A stretch of DNA of 64,000 nucleotides from an uncultured Verrucomicrobiae bacterium (GTDB lineage: Bacteria; Verrucomicrobiota; Verrucomicrobiia; Limisphaerales; Palsa-1400), in contig CAVXRD010000002.1 of assembly GCA_963764165.1 (NCBI GenBank), forward strand, positions 928,001-992,000, written 5' to 3'. The translations under genes and the position numbers were made by a program. Shown piece by piece: positions 10,344-19,498 of the stretch. Each line of letters begins with the position of its first letter. Position 1 is the stretch's first letter. Under the pieces are notes generated by a model. It was given only the letters and a program-made list of their open reading frames with translations. It did not search any database and was not told the origin of the DNA.

Positions 10344-11902
10344 TTGGACGTCCTCATCAGAATTCTTGATGGAAACTCTAACACAAAGCGGGTGCCTATT
10401 CCAAGCTTGGATTCCACGTGGACGGAGCCGCCGTACATTTCGGTATTGTGCTTGACGATGGCCAGGCCCAGGCCAGTGCCCTTTTCGCGCGTCGTAAAAT
10501 AGGCCTCAAAAATCTTGTCGATTTTATCCGCCGGAATCCCGGGGCCGGTGTCGGCGATCAAGATTCGGACGGAATCGTTCTCGCCGTATTCCGTGGCCAG
10601 GCGGATTTCGCCGCGCCCGTTCATGGCTTCGCGGGCATTCTGGAGAATGTTTACCAGCACGCTGGACAGGTGGCGCTTCTGCATCAGGAGGGCAGGCAAA
10701 GCCGGCGCGAAATTCCTCTGGACAACGACCTGGTATTTGGCGGCGGGCGGGTAGACTTCCTGGACAGCGGCGTTGAGTTCTTCCACCACGTCCAATCGCT
10801 CGACGATGCCTTCGGCCAATTGGGCGTAGCCCATCAATTCCGTGAGGATCTGGTCCGCCCGATCCACTTCCTCGCGGATAATCTGAATTTGATCTTCAAC
10901 CGCCGTCTCACCTTCCTGCACGGATCGATTCAGGCAAAAAGCGGCGTTGGTGATGATGCCAAGGGGGTTTTTGATTTGGTGGGCGATTTCCGCCGCAAGG
11001 CGCCCGGCGGTTCGGAGACGCTCCTGGCGGACGGCGAGCTCGGTGGCCTCGGCCTCCGCGCGCTTTTGCTTTTCAAAGAGCATTTGGATGCCGTAACAGC
11101 AGAGCGCCCACGCCACCAGGACGATGATGCGCTCGATCGGGCGTTCTTGGGACAGGCTCTCCACATCCATGATCGGCTTCGGCGGGTTGAATTTCTTGTC
11201 AAGAATTCCCGCCGCCACGAAGCTGCCGATGGAGATAAAATTCAGCAGCAATTGCGGAAAAGCGACGGGAATGGCCAGGGCATTGTGGAGAATGAGCGCG
11301 ACAAACACGGCCCACAGCGGGCTGATGTAACCGCCGCTTACGAACGTAAAAGTTCCCATCAAGGCGCAGTCCAGCACTCCCGCCGCGAACACCATCCACT
11401 CGATCCTCGTCAGGTTGATCGGCTTCGACCAAATAAAAATCGCCCCAAGGATCAGGTTGAGCGCGGCGTAGATGGCAAAGGAAACGCGCAGCGCCGTGGC
11501 ATGGCCAAGGCTCCAATCGGATTTCTGCGGTGGATCAATCTCGCCCGGGGGCTTCTTATGTGGAGAATCAGCATGCGCCACTGGCGCATTGGTGGCTGGG
11601 CGGCCCATTTCGGCGGTTGGATTTGTCGAAATCGCCAGACTCGGGGAGTTCGTCATGGCCGCCATCGCGCCGCGATCCTCTGCTATCGAGTTGCCTCCCG
11701 AATAATCGAGCCAGCCCGAAAAGAACAGGTAGTAGCAAAGGAAGGCAATAATGAGCAGGCGCAAAGGCAGGACGATGTCGCGCTCGACCGCTTGAATGCG
11801 GGCCGCGCGCTGGCTCGGCTCCACCACTGGCGCCGCCAGCAGGCGCGTCAATTTCTGGAGCGGGCCAAGATCGGCCTGGTTTTGTTTGGGTTCCTCGTTC
11901 AC
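10340..11902 (-). CDS. Membrane sensor histidine kinase (PilS/NtrB-like)
   Basis: Several TMs, AHQIKNPL H-box, NILQNA, DTGPGI, GTGLGL; overlaps the regulator start. Confidence 0.92.
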   Translation of the reverse strand: MNEEPKQNQADLGPLQKLTRLLAAPVVEPSQRAARIQAVERDIVLPLRLLIIAFLCYYLFFSGWLDYSGGNSIAEDRGAMAAMTNSPSLAISTNPTAEMGRPATNAPVAHADSPHKKPPGEIDPPQKSDWSLGHATALRVSFAIYAALNLILGAIFIWSKPINLTRIEWMVFAAGVLDCALMGTFTFVSGGYISPLWAVFVALILHNALAIPVAFPQLLLNFISIGSFVAAGILDKKFNPPKPIMDVESLSQERPIERIIVLVAWALCCYGIQMLFEKQKRAEAEATELAVRQERLRTAGRLAAEIAHQIKNPLGIITNAAFCLNRSVQEGETAVEDQIQIIREEVDRADQILTELMGYAQLAEGIVERLDVVEELNAAVQEVYPPAAKYQVVVQRNFAPALPALLMQKRHLSSVLVNILQNAREAMNGRGEIRLATEYGENDSVRILIADTGPGIPADKIDKIFEAYFTTREKGTGLGLAIVKHNTEMYGGSVHVESKLGIGTRFVLEFPSRILMRTSK

Positions 11903-12441
11903 TTGAGCAGAGCCGCGGCCCGCCTGGCTATTTCATCCACGGGCCATAATCGCCCGATCCCCTCGTATCCGCAAGAGAGGAGGCCCTCCTCGGGGCCAAT
12001 AAATTCCGCTCCGCGCTTCTTTAACACCTCGACATTTTGCTGCGTGGCCGCGTGAAGCCACATCTTCCCGTTCATGGCGGGCGCGATCAGCGTCTTTGCC
12101 TCCGGCCGAAGCGCCAGCGCAACGCATCCGAGCGCGTCATCAGCCATGCCGTGGGCCAATTTGGCCAGCGTATTGGCGGTGGCGGGCGCAATCAGCAAAA
12201 GATCCGCCGAATCCGCGAGTTCGATGTGGGCTGGTTTCCATCCTTCATCAACATCGTAAAGGTCAGTGACGACAGGGTGGCGGGAGAGCGTTTTGAACGG
12301 AAGCGGCGTGACAAATCGTTGCGCATCGGCGGTCATGACGACATGAACATCGCACCCTGCCTTGACCAGCAAGCTGGCCAAATCGACCGCCCGGTGAGCG
12401 GCAATGGAACCGGTCACTCCCAATACAACGACCTTGCTCAT
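11899..12441 (-). CDS. coaC: Phosphopantothenoylcysteine decarboxylase (stand-alone CoaC flavoprotein)
   Basis: LGVTGSIAA, HIELA, APATANTLAKLAHG, PAMN, LSCGYEGIGRL; 180 aa, no CoaB domain. Confidence 0.85.
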   Translation of the reverse strand: MSKVVVLGVTGSIAAHRAVDLASLLVKAGCDVHVVMTADAQRFVTPLPFKTLSRHPVVTDLYDVDEGWKPAHIELADSADLLLIAPATANTLAKLAHGMADDALGCVALALRPEAKTLIAPAMNGKMWLHAATQQNVEVLKKRGAEFIGPEEGLLSCGYEGIGRLWPVDEIARRAAALLK

Positions 12442-12940
12442 TTTCAGGTTTGCCAATGTTAACGTGAACTTTCGAGTAAACAAGAACTGGATTTGAGCGC
12501 GGCCTGAAAGGGTGCAAACACCGGCATGTCCACCGCCCAGGCGAGGCTCAAAAACCGCAAAGTGCAATAGGGTGAAATAGGGTGCAACGATCTCCGTCCG
12601 GCGAAACCCGTTTGGCCGTCTCAATAACAGGACAGCCACGTTGCGAGGCATGAACACGAATTGGCGCGCTGCGCTGCGTCCCTCAATATAACCTTGCACA
12701 TACATGACCGCACTTTGGCACGTCTGGGTCTGGATGGAAAACCTACCAGAGTGTTTTCAGCGCGATTTTAGGAGAAATATTGGGAAGAATTGCACATGGA
12801 ACGACCGAACGCAGGAAAAGAGACTGAAGTTGATTTCACGCGCATCGTTGATTCGGGTCTGGGCGGCTGACCCGTCATGCACCGAACCTCCCATCCTCCA
12901 CAAAAGGAGAGTGGCCTCCTTTCCTGATTTTGTGACTCTC

Positions 12941-13051
12941 AGATTATATAATATATAATCTCGAAAAACCCGCTACACCCGCTACACGGTTGACCATCAA
13001 CGAGATAAGGGGCAACATTTGCCGCTACAGAGCCGCTACAAACCCGCTACA
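12941..13051. repeat. AT-rich palindrome plus five CCGCTACA direct repeats
   Basis: AGATTATATA-A-TATATAATCT at 12941-12961; CCGCTACA at 12970, 12979, 13022, 13033 and 13044. Confidence 0.8.
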
Positions 13052-13362
13052 TTTTCTTTTCGGCGGGGCGGTAGCCGGTTGAATGAACCAATGATTGCCC
13101 TGCCCCACCGCCCGCCGCGAGGGTGCGCAGCCGACAGGTTCCAACTTCAACAAATTGCAGGCCGGGTCCCCCGCCCCGGCGTCCCGAGGGATGGGAGAGT
13201 CAGCGGCTGATGGAGTCACACGCCGAACCATTTGCGAAAAACAGGAAGTGCAAAAAGTGAGGATTGACACCTGTTCCCCAGGTTTGGAAAGGATGAAACA
13301 ACTTAACGAAAAACAGAGCCTTGATTTGACAGCGCCATCGTGTTTTAATCAAGAAGATCTTC

Positions 13363-14526
13363 ATGCGCTTGATGAAGAACATCCTTTTCGGTCTTGCCTT
13401 GGCAACGAGCTGCGTCATGCAGTCGATGGCGCAGCAAAATCCACCTTCTGACGCAGCTGATCATTCAGCACCCACCACATTCGCCCAGGCAGTGAATCAA
13501 TACTTCGATCAGTGGGACGCCAACCGAGATGGAAAGCTGTCGAAGGAGGAAATTGACGCTGCGGTAAACAACCCAAAAGTTCAGGGTGATTCCGCAGCCG
13601 CCATAGCCGCAGTTGAAAAGGTTGTTCGAGGCGGCAAATATACAATACCGGCGATCACGAAAGAGTTTCTCGTCAATAGTCCTGTGCATGAGCCTGACCA
13701 GGACGATCAGGCTGGTTCTGCAGACGATGATTCAAAGTCTGAGAAATTCACCCATGCTCCCGCCTTTCAACCCCGTTTTGTCGGGTCGCTTCACAAATTG
13801 CGTCAGACATCGCGCGATTTGTTCTCCCAAAACTTGCCCTCATTTGAGGCCACCCACCAAGGAAAGCTGGGTGATTGCCCATTCGTTTCAACAGTTGGTG
13901 CCATGGTTTACCGCGATCCTGCCACTATCAAGGCCATGTTCACCCAAAACGACAATGGCTCGATCACTGTTCAATTTGGGAATGGTCGCAGTATCAAGAT
14001 CGCTCACATCACAGACGCTGACATTGCGATATGGTCCAGCGCCGGTTCGAACGGGCTTTGGTTGACGGTTTTGGAAAAGGCTTATCGGCGGGAGGTGTTG
14101 AAATCACAGCCTCCTAAACAGGAAAAGAAAGCCGACATTTACGAGAAATTTCCCAGCACGCGCACAATCGAGATTCTGGACGGCCATCAAACGCGCAAGG
14201 TCGATCTTCGTGGTGCTCAATTAGTGACGTTGCGCAAGGATTTGGAGTCTGCGATGCGTGAACACAGGTTGGTCAAGGCTGGAACCGGAGCAGTCAAGAA
14301 GGCACCTGGCATTCCACACACTCACTCATTTGCAATCCTCGGCTACAACATAGATACGGATATGGTTCATGTCTGGAATCCCTGGGGCAACGACATTTCA
14401 CCTAAAGCGGACTCTCTACAAAACGGCTATACGACAAAACATGGCCTGTTCGACATTCCATTAAAGGAGCTGGTTCAAGTTTTTAAGGATGTCACATTTG
14501 AAACACCAGCATTGGAACGCAATTGA
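13363..14526 (+). CDS. Secreted EF-hand calpain-like (C2 family) cysteine protease
   Basis: Signal peptide, EF-hand DANRDGKLSKEE, QGKLGDC, LEKAY, HSFAILG, WNPWG. Start may be 13372. Confidence 0.82.
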   Translation: MRLMKNILFGLALATSCVMQSMAQQNPPSDAADHSAPTTFAQAVNQYFDQWDANRDGKLSKEEIDAAVNNPKVQGDSAAAIAAVEKVVRGGKYTIPAITKEFLVNSPVHEPDQDDQAGSADDDSKSEKFTHAPAFQPRFVGSLHKLRQTSRDLFSQNLPSFEATHQGKLGDCPFVSTVGAMVYRDPATIKAMFTQNDNGSITVQFGNGRSIKIAHITDADIAIWSSAGSNGLWLTVLEKAYRREVLKSQPPKQEKKADIYEKFPSTRTIEILDGHQTRKVDLRGAQLVTLRKDLESAMREHRLVKAGTGAVKKAPGIPHTHSFAILGYNIDTDMVHVWNPWGNDISPKADSLQNGYTTKHGLFDIPLKELVQVFKDVTFETPALERN

Positions 14527-15004
14527 ACTTTTAGTATGTCCGCACAAGCTTACAATGAGGAGCACCAACAATTTGTCGGCTGCAAGATCGTTGCGGCGGT
14601 TAGGTGCATCGTTTCAGGCAGGATTGGTATCTTTGCTGGGACACGACAGCTCTATGGTTCTTGAAATGGGATTATTACTGTCCGAGATCAGGGGGCCGGA
14701 GGCCGGTGTCAAGGCCGGTGTCAGTCACTCACTTTTTTGCGCTATTCGTTTTCGTGCTTTTATCCGTCGTCCGTTGGCTCGGAAGCGGATGGAGTAGGTC
14801 GCCCAAGCGAAGCGCGTTACTTGTTGAAGAACCGGTTTGCGATTTTCCAAGGCGCGATGCAATCAGAGGACGACCGACGTCACTTGCTCTCAATTGGATT
14901 TTTAACATCATTTGATCGATGCCTTGAATGTGAGAATCACTTCGCGAGACGTTTCCATCTGGAGCAGGCTTGCCTGCGCGGTTTTCCGCGAGTAATAAAT
15001 AGGC

Positions 15005-15160
15005 GTGCGTCAGTTCCTTAAAGAAGCGCTGCTTTTCTTGCGCCGGGAGAAAAAATGGTGGCTGATTCCGTTGGTGGTTTGTGTCTTGATTCTGGCCGCG
15101 CTCGTTTTCTTCACGCAAGGTTCGTCGCCGCTCTCGCCATTCATGTATTCGGGCAAATAG
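15005..15160 (+). CDS. DUF5989-family small membrane protein (51 aa, below the ORF track cutoff)
   Basis: MRQFLKEALLFLRREKKWWLIPLVVCVLILAALVFFTQGSSPLSPFMYSGK, with the KKWWL.P ... PF.Y pattern. Confidence 0.8.
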   Translation: MRQFLKEALLFLRREKKWWLIPLVVCVLILAALVFFTQGSSPLSPFMYSGK

Positions 15161-15161
15161 C

Positions 15162-16760
15162 GTGGCTGCGATGGCGTGGCTTCCGCAATTATTTCTGCTT
15201 GGCCTGGCTTTTGTCCTGGCGCGCTGGGTGCAAGCGCCAACGGTCGCTTTAGCAGGGCTGGGCGCGATCACGGCGGGTGTCTTGCTTCAATCGAGGACAG
15301 GTCGCGCGGCCTATGCGATAACCATTGTCGGAAGCATTGCCATGTGGGCCAGCGTTTTTGGCACTGGCGTTACCTGGAGTTTGTATTTCCTTGCGCCAGC
15401 CTCGTTGATTTTTCTGGCACTGGCAGTTTCCCGCTTCCGGGTAAAGGACGCTTCGCTGAAGCCAAGATTGAATTTTCTCGCGGCCCAGTGGCTTCTGGCT
15501 GGCTCTGTTATGTGGCTGGGCGCGGGTTACGCGCATAACGAAAAATTCGTTTTCTTTACCGGCCTGGCGGCGGTTATCGGATCGCTCCTGATTTGGCGAT
15601 TCGCCTTCCCGTGGAGTGCGCTGGCCGCGCAAAGTCTCAGCACGCTTATTCTCCTGCTTATCGGACTTCCAATGGTTGATGCTGTCCTTCGTCCCCACTC
15701 AGCGACGGTTCAAGCCGGGAACTGCCAGCGTTACTATTCCTTCAATGCGGCCAAGGGCGACCCGGAGGCGTTTGGCCGCTGGGAGGAATTTTACACGACG
15801 CAGTTCGACAAGCTGGGGACAGCGCTGTTTACGCCCGCGCCGGGGACGTCGCTGCCGTTTCGCCTGCAGCCCGGCGCCAGCACGGTATTCATCAATTGCC
15901 CGATCTCCGTCAACAGCCGGGGCTTTCGCGGCTCCGAGTTTTCGAACCCAAAGAGCGATGTCTATCGCATCGTCGCGCTCGGCGAATCGACTACTTTTGG
16001 AATGACAGTCCAGCGCGGCGACAAGCCGTGGCCGGAAGTATTGGAACAACTCATTCACGAACGATTGAAAACCCGAAAACCGGTGGAAGTGATCAATGCC
16101 GGCGTTCCTGCCTATAGCATTGTCAACAACGTATCCCGTTTGCACGGCGAAATCCTGCCGCTGCAGCCGGATATGATCATCTCCTATCACGGGGCGAACG
16201 CCTTTACCATGCTTGACGCTTCCGTGCTGCCACCGCTGGGACCGCCGCCGCCGATTTACCGCGAGCGCCCGCTCAAGATTGCGGCGAACCTGGAACACAA
16301 ATTGCGAATGGCTTTATTCCGCCGCGCCGCCCTTAAGCTGGGCAGCCGAGCCGCCAATTCATTCAAAACCGGCGATCCATTGCAAACGCCATACGCCGCG
16401 GCCTACCGGCAGCTTATCGGCTGGAGCCGATCAAACGGAGTCAAGCTCGCGCTGGCGAATTATTCGATGGCGGTCAACAAAGAAAGCCCGCAAAACGTGA
16501 TCGATTTCTATCAGGGCGGCGGAAGCCGGGCTGCCTACGGTTTTATGCGGGCAAACGCTGTCCACTCCGAAATCGCGCGCGGCCTGGCCGCGGAAAATCC
16601 AGGTGTGTGTTTTATTGACACGCATCCCCGGCTGGACGGCGACCACGAGAAGTTCATCGACCTCATCCATTTCACGGGCGAAGGCGACCGCCAATTGGCG
16701 GAAAACGTGTTCGCCGGCATCAGCAACACGCTGGCGCGGGATCTTTCTCCCGCGCCATGA
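15162..16760 (+). CDS. Multi-TM membrane protein with SGNH/GDSL hydrolase domain
   Basis: N-terminal TMs, NSRGFRG, IVALGESTTFG, VINAGV, D-x-x-H (DLIH). Confidence 0.8.
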   Translation: MAAMAWLPQLFLLGLAFVLARWVQAPTVALAGLGAITAGVLLQSRTGRAAYAITIVGSIAMWASVFGTGVTWSLYFLAPASLIFLALAVSRFRVKDASLKPRLNFLAAQWLLAGSVMWLGAGYAHNEKFVFFTGLAAVIGSLLIWRFAFPWSALAAQSLSTLILLLIGLPMVDAVLRPHSATVQAGNCQRYYSFNAAKGDPEAFGRWEEFYTTQFDKLGTALFTPAPGTSLPFRLQPGASTVFINCPISVNSRGFRGSEFSNPKSDVYRIVALGESTTFGMTVQRGDKPWPEVLEQLIHERLKTRKPVEVINAGVPAYSIVNNVSRLHGEILPLQPDMIISYHGANAFTMLDASVLPPLGPPPPIYRERPLKIAANLEHKLRMALFRRAALKLGSRAANSFKTGDPLQTPYAAAYRQLIGWSRSNGVKLALANYSMAVNKESPQNVIDFYQGGGSRAAYGFMRANAVHSEIARGLAAENPGVCFIDTHPRLDGDHEKFIDLIHFTGEGDRQLAENVFAGISNTLARDLSPAP

Positions 16761-16972
16761 GACCAACGCGAGTGCGGGACAAAATTCTTCTGCCTCCGCG
16801 TTCGTTGAGAGTGGCAGAGGTGGACATGGAAGGGCGTGATCAAGAGTGGGTGATGCGTGCAGGCAATCCGTCGGAGCGGGGCTGTCGCTCACCCACGTCT
16901 AACCACAACCAGATGGAAGTGAATCGTGTTAAACGGCTGGAGTGACGAGCCCTTTGTGATTATATTGAATCG

Positions 16973-17476
16973 TTGAGTGGTTTTGATGATTGCATGGCTT
17001 ATTACCTTGCCACAGAACGTGAAGCAGACGTCACCGGCTCATACCGGCGCTATCAGGATTATTTGCGCGAGAACCAGCGGCGGTTCCCGCCGGGAGCGTT
17101 TGCTCTCGCCACGGCGGAATGGTGGCAAAACGGCGAAGACCATCGCTCCCCGCATGATGCCTGCCTGGTGAGCGCTGCGTTTTCTGAGGCATCTGCCGGT
17201 GAACGCTTTGAGCAAAGATTAACGGCGCTCCGCGTCAGGTTGTCGGGAGCATACGGCGACGGTTTCCTCGAGCTTTTCTACTCGCGCGTATTCAGCTATT
17301 CGTTCCAAAGTTCGTCGTGCGCGCGTGGTTTGGGTGGATGGCGGTATGACGAATTTAGGTTGTCGACGGCCGGCCACGTGATTCATGAGATTGAATGGTC
17401 CGGGTTTCCTCACTGCGAGGGTTCGCGCTGGATTATCGAGGCGGAAGATATTGATTATCGGTGGATCCCAAAGTGA
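16973..17476 (+). CDS. Hypothetical protein (start 16973 TTG or 16994 ATG)
   Basis: Plausible globular ORF (SPHDA, WRYDEF, HEIEW); family not recognised with certainty. Confidence 0.6.
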   Translation: MSGFDDCMAYYLATEREADVTGSYRRYQDYLRENQRRFPPGAFALATAEWWQNGEDHRSPHDACLVSAAFSEASAGERFEQRLTALRVRLSGAYGDGFLELFYSRVFSYSFQSSSCARGLGGWRYDEFRLSTAGHVIHEIEWSGFPHCEGSRWIIEAEDIDYRWIPK

Positions 17477-17515
17477 TGTTTTCTATTGCAGGCGAAGGCG
17501 ATAGTGCTGTTGGAA

Positions 17516-17696
17516 TCACGCTATATGTTTCAGCCCTTCGCCCACATGGCGGCAATTTCCAAAATTTCCCAATCGGATGCGTGCCAGCCGGGCGTCAACT
17601 GCGGCTCATTCTTTTTTCAAGAAGCGAGTTTTTCCATTCACTAAACGGAACGCGGCCGTTGGCGAGTTCCAGCTTTTGGATTTCGCGCTCCATCAT
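17516..17696 (-). pseudogene. Frameshifted, truncated RelE/HigB-like addiction module killer toxin
   Basis: MMEREIQKLELANGRVPFSEWKNSLLEKRM, then in another frame AAVDARLARIRLGNFGNCRHVGEG; the C-terminal half is missing. Confidence 0.7.
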
Positions 17697-17829
17697 CACC
17701 CTGGTGTAATCTATAGTTCACATCTGTCAAAGGGTTTCAAGAAATCCTGCTCGCGGCGATCTCCGGCGGCGGGCGTTTTGGCGGCAGGCAAGCTTTCTTT
17801 TTCCCAGCCGTCCCGCTTCATTTTGCGCT

Positions 17830-18579
17830 TCACCCTGTGAGTCGCATTCCTTGATAAACCATCACAGAGGAACCTTCCGCCAGAAATGCCGACGATGGCT
17901 TGTCATTCAGGCTGTCACAGAATTGTTCGCCATAAAGACCCGCCACATTGCAATCCAAAGTTGCGTCAGAGACTTCACAAAACCGCCAGCGTGGATGTTC
18001 AACTTTGTACTCGAGCGTCGCGCCATTCTTCTGTTTGTTGTAACCCCAATAATGTTCGGTGATGAATTCGGCTTCCGTGCCTTCGCGCAATGGCTGCGCT
18101 TCTCCACGAGTGGTCAGTTTTAAACTATTTTGCCTCCCGGCGAACGTCCAAGAGTATTCCACTGATCGCGCCAGGCTGGATTCGGGATCGATTTGGTGGG
18201 ACATGGAAAGTGCGATGTAGGGTTCGTTGTAAAGCTTGCGGGCAGCGAGCGCTATGGCCGCGCGGGGAACGATCTCCTTTATGAACACTACGCCGCGCCG
18301 CCAGCCGTCTGCCGCTTTGCGGCGGACGTAAAACCGAAGATTAACTTCCTCAAAATTGCGATGAAAGGGAATGGGGATGCCAAATACGCGGGTCTTCAAA
18401 AACAGAAAGCCCACCATGGAAACCAAAACCTTTCCGTTCCAATGATCCAGTTCTGTTCCAGACGGCACGAAAGGCAGGAGCAAAGACGGCTCGATTTCGA
18501 AATTTAGCATCGCCAGATGCCTCCATTCAGCGGTGAGAAGCGGTCTTGGCGCGCTATTAGACACTTGGCCGACAATCAA
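17830..18579 (-). CDS. DUF2071 (YqjF) family protein
   Basis: LTAEWRHLAMLNF, FEEVNLRFYV, FITEHYWGY, VEHPRW; start uncertain. Confidence 0.85.
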   Translation of the reverse strand: MIVGQVSNSAPRPLLTAEWRHLAMLNFEIEPSLLLPFVPSGTELDHWNGKVLVSMVGFLFLKTRVFGIPIPFHRNFEEVNLRFYVRRKAADGWRRGVVFIKEIVPRAAIALAARKLYNEPYIALSMSHQIDPESSLARSVEYSWTFAGRQNSLKLTTRGEAQPLREGTEAEFITEHYWGYNKQKNGATLEYKVEHPRWRFCEVSDATLDCNVAGLYGEQFCDSLNDKPSSAFLAEGSSVMVYQGMRLTG

Positions 18580-18775
18580 ACTGCTTCAGGGTGTGGCTCG
18601 CAAGCTCATTTCAGAATCACGGTGACCCCACTGATGAATATTCTGCGCGTTCCACCTCGGCACATCTGCCACAGGGCTGCATCCAACGCTGCTTTTGGTT
18701 GACGTGAATGAATGGAGGCATTTTCCTTAAAGGCATGACGGCCACCTGGGATCCCGCCACACCACTGCATTGGCT

Positions 18776-19200
18776 ATGATTCGTGCCGTGATGGATACGA
18801 ATGTATTGGTAGCGGGCTTGCGTTCGCGGAATGGAGCGTCGCATGAATTGCTGACGCGGCTAAGAGCCGGCGATTGGTCGCTGGTGATAAGCAATACGGT
18901 GCTCGGAGAATATCATGAGATCCTGCATCGGGAGGCGCGGATTCGGTTAAGCTGACGCATCGCGAAGCTGATTTTTACATTGATGCTTTGTGCGCGCTGG
19001 CTGAGAGATTCTCTCCCGCCACGCCGTGGCAACCGGCGGCAACTGATCGAGACGATGAAGCTATCATTCAACTGGCGCGCGAGGCGCGAGTTCTGTATCT
19101 TCTAACGCACAATGTCCGGGATGTCAGCGGGGCCGCGCAATTTGGAGTTCGAGTCGTGCGGCCGACTGAATTCCTGGCAATCTTGAGGCAAACGAAATGA
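18776..19200 (+). pseudogene. PIN-domain toxin with a frameshift near 18938
   Basis: MIRAVMDTNVLVAGLRSRNGAS...EY in one frame; DRDDE and THNVRD in another. Confidence 0.8.
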
Positions 19201-19460
19201 CGAAAATCGAAGCAAACGTGCCGGACTATTTAGCTCGGCAGGCTCTCGCGGCGGCGGAACGGGAACGGGTTCCAATTGACCAAATCGTCGCCTTGGCTCT
19301 TTCGGCCCAGATCGCTGCCTGGAAGGGAAGCGACGACATGGAAACGCGCTCCAAGCGCGCGAACCTGGAGGTTTTTGATCGCATCATGGCCAACGCGCCC
19401 GACGTGCCTCCCGTTCCCGGCGACGAGTTGCCGTCCAAAAAAGGCGTCAGTCAAACATAA
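19197..19460 (+). CDS. Putative antitoxin (RHH/HicB-like) coupled to the PIN gene
   Basis: VPDYL...AERERVPIDQIVALAL and the C-terminal PDVPPVPGDEL motif; ATGA overlap. Confidence 0.75.
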   Translation: MTKIEANVPDYLARQALAAAERERVPIDQIVALALSAQIAAWKGSDDMETRSKRANLEVFDRIMANAPDVPPVPGDELPSKKGVSQT

Positions 19461-19498
19461 CGGGTGCTTTAGACCCGTGCCGTCATATTTGCCTCGCC

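Noticed and set aside
12970..13051. CCGCTACA repeats as a CRISPR array
   Set aside because: 8-bp units with mostly 1-3 bp gaps, no unique spacer series and no cas genes.
15975..16000. GES instead of GDS in the SGNH protein
   Set aside because: The catalytic Ser and the D-x-x-H are intact; the change is conservative.
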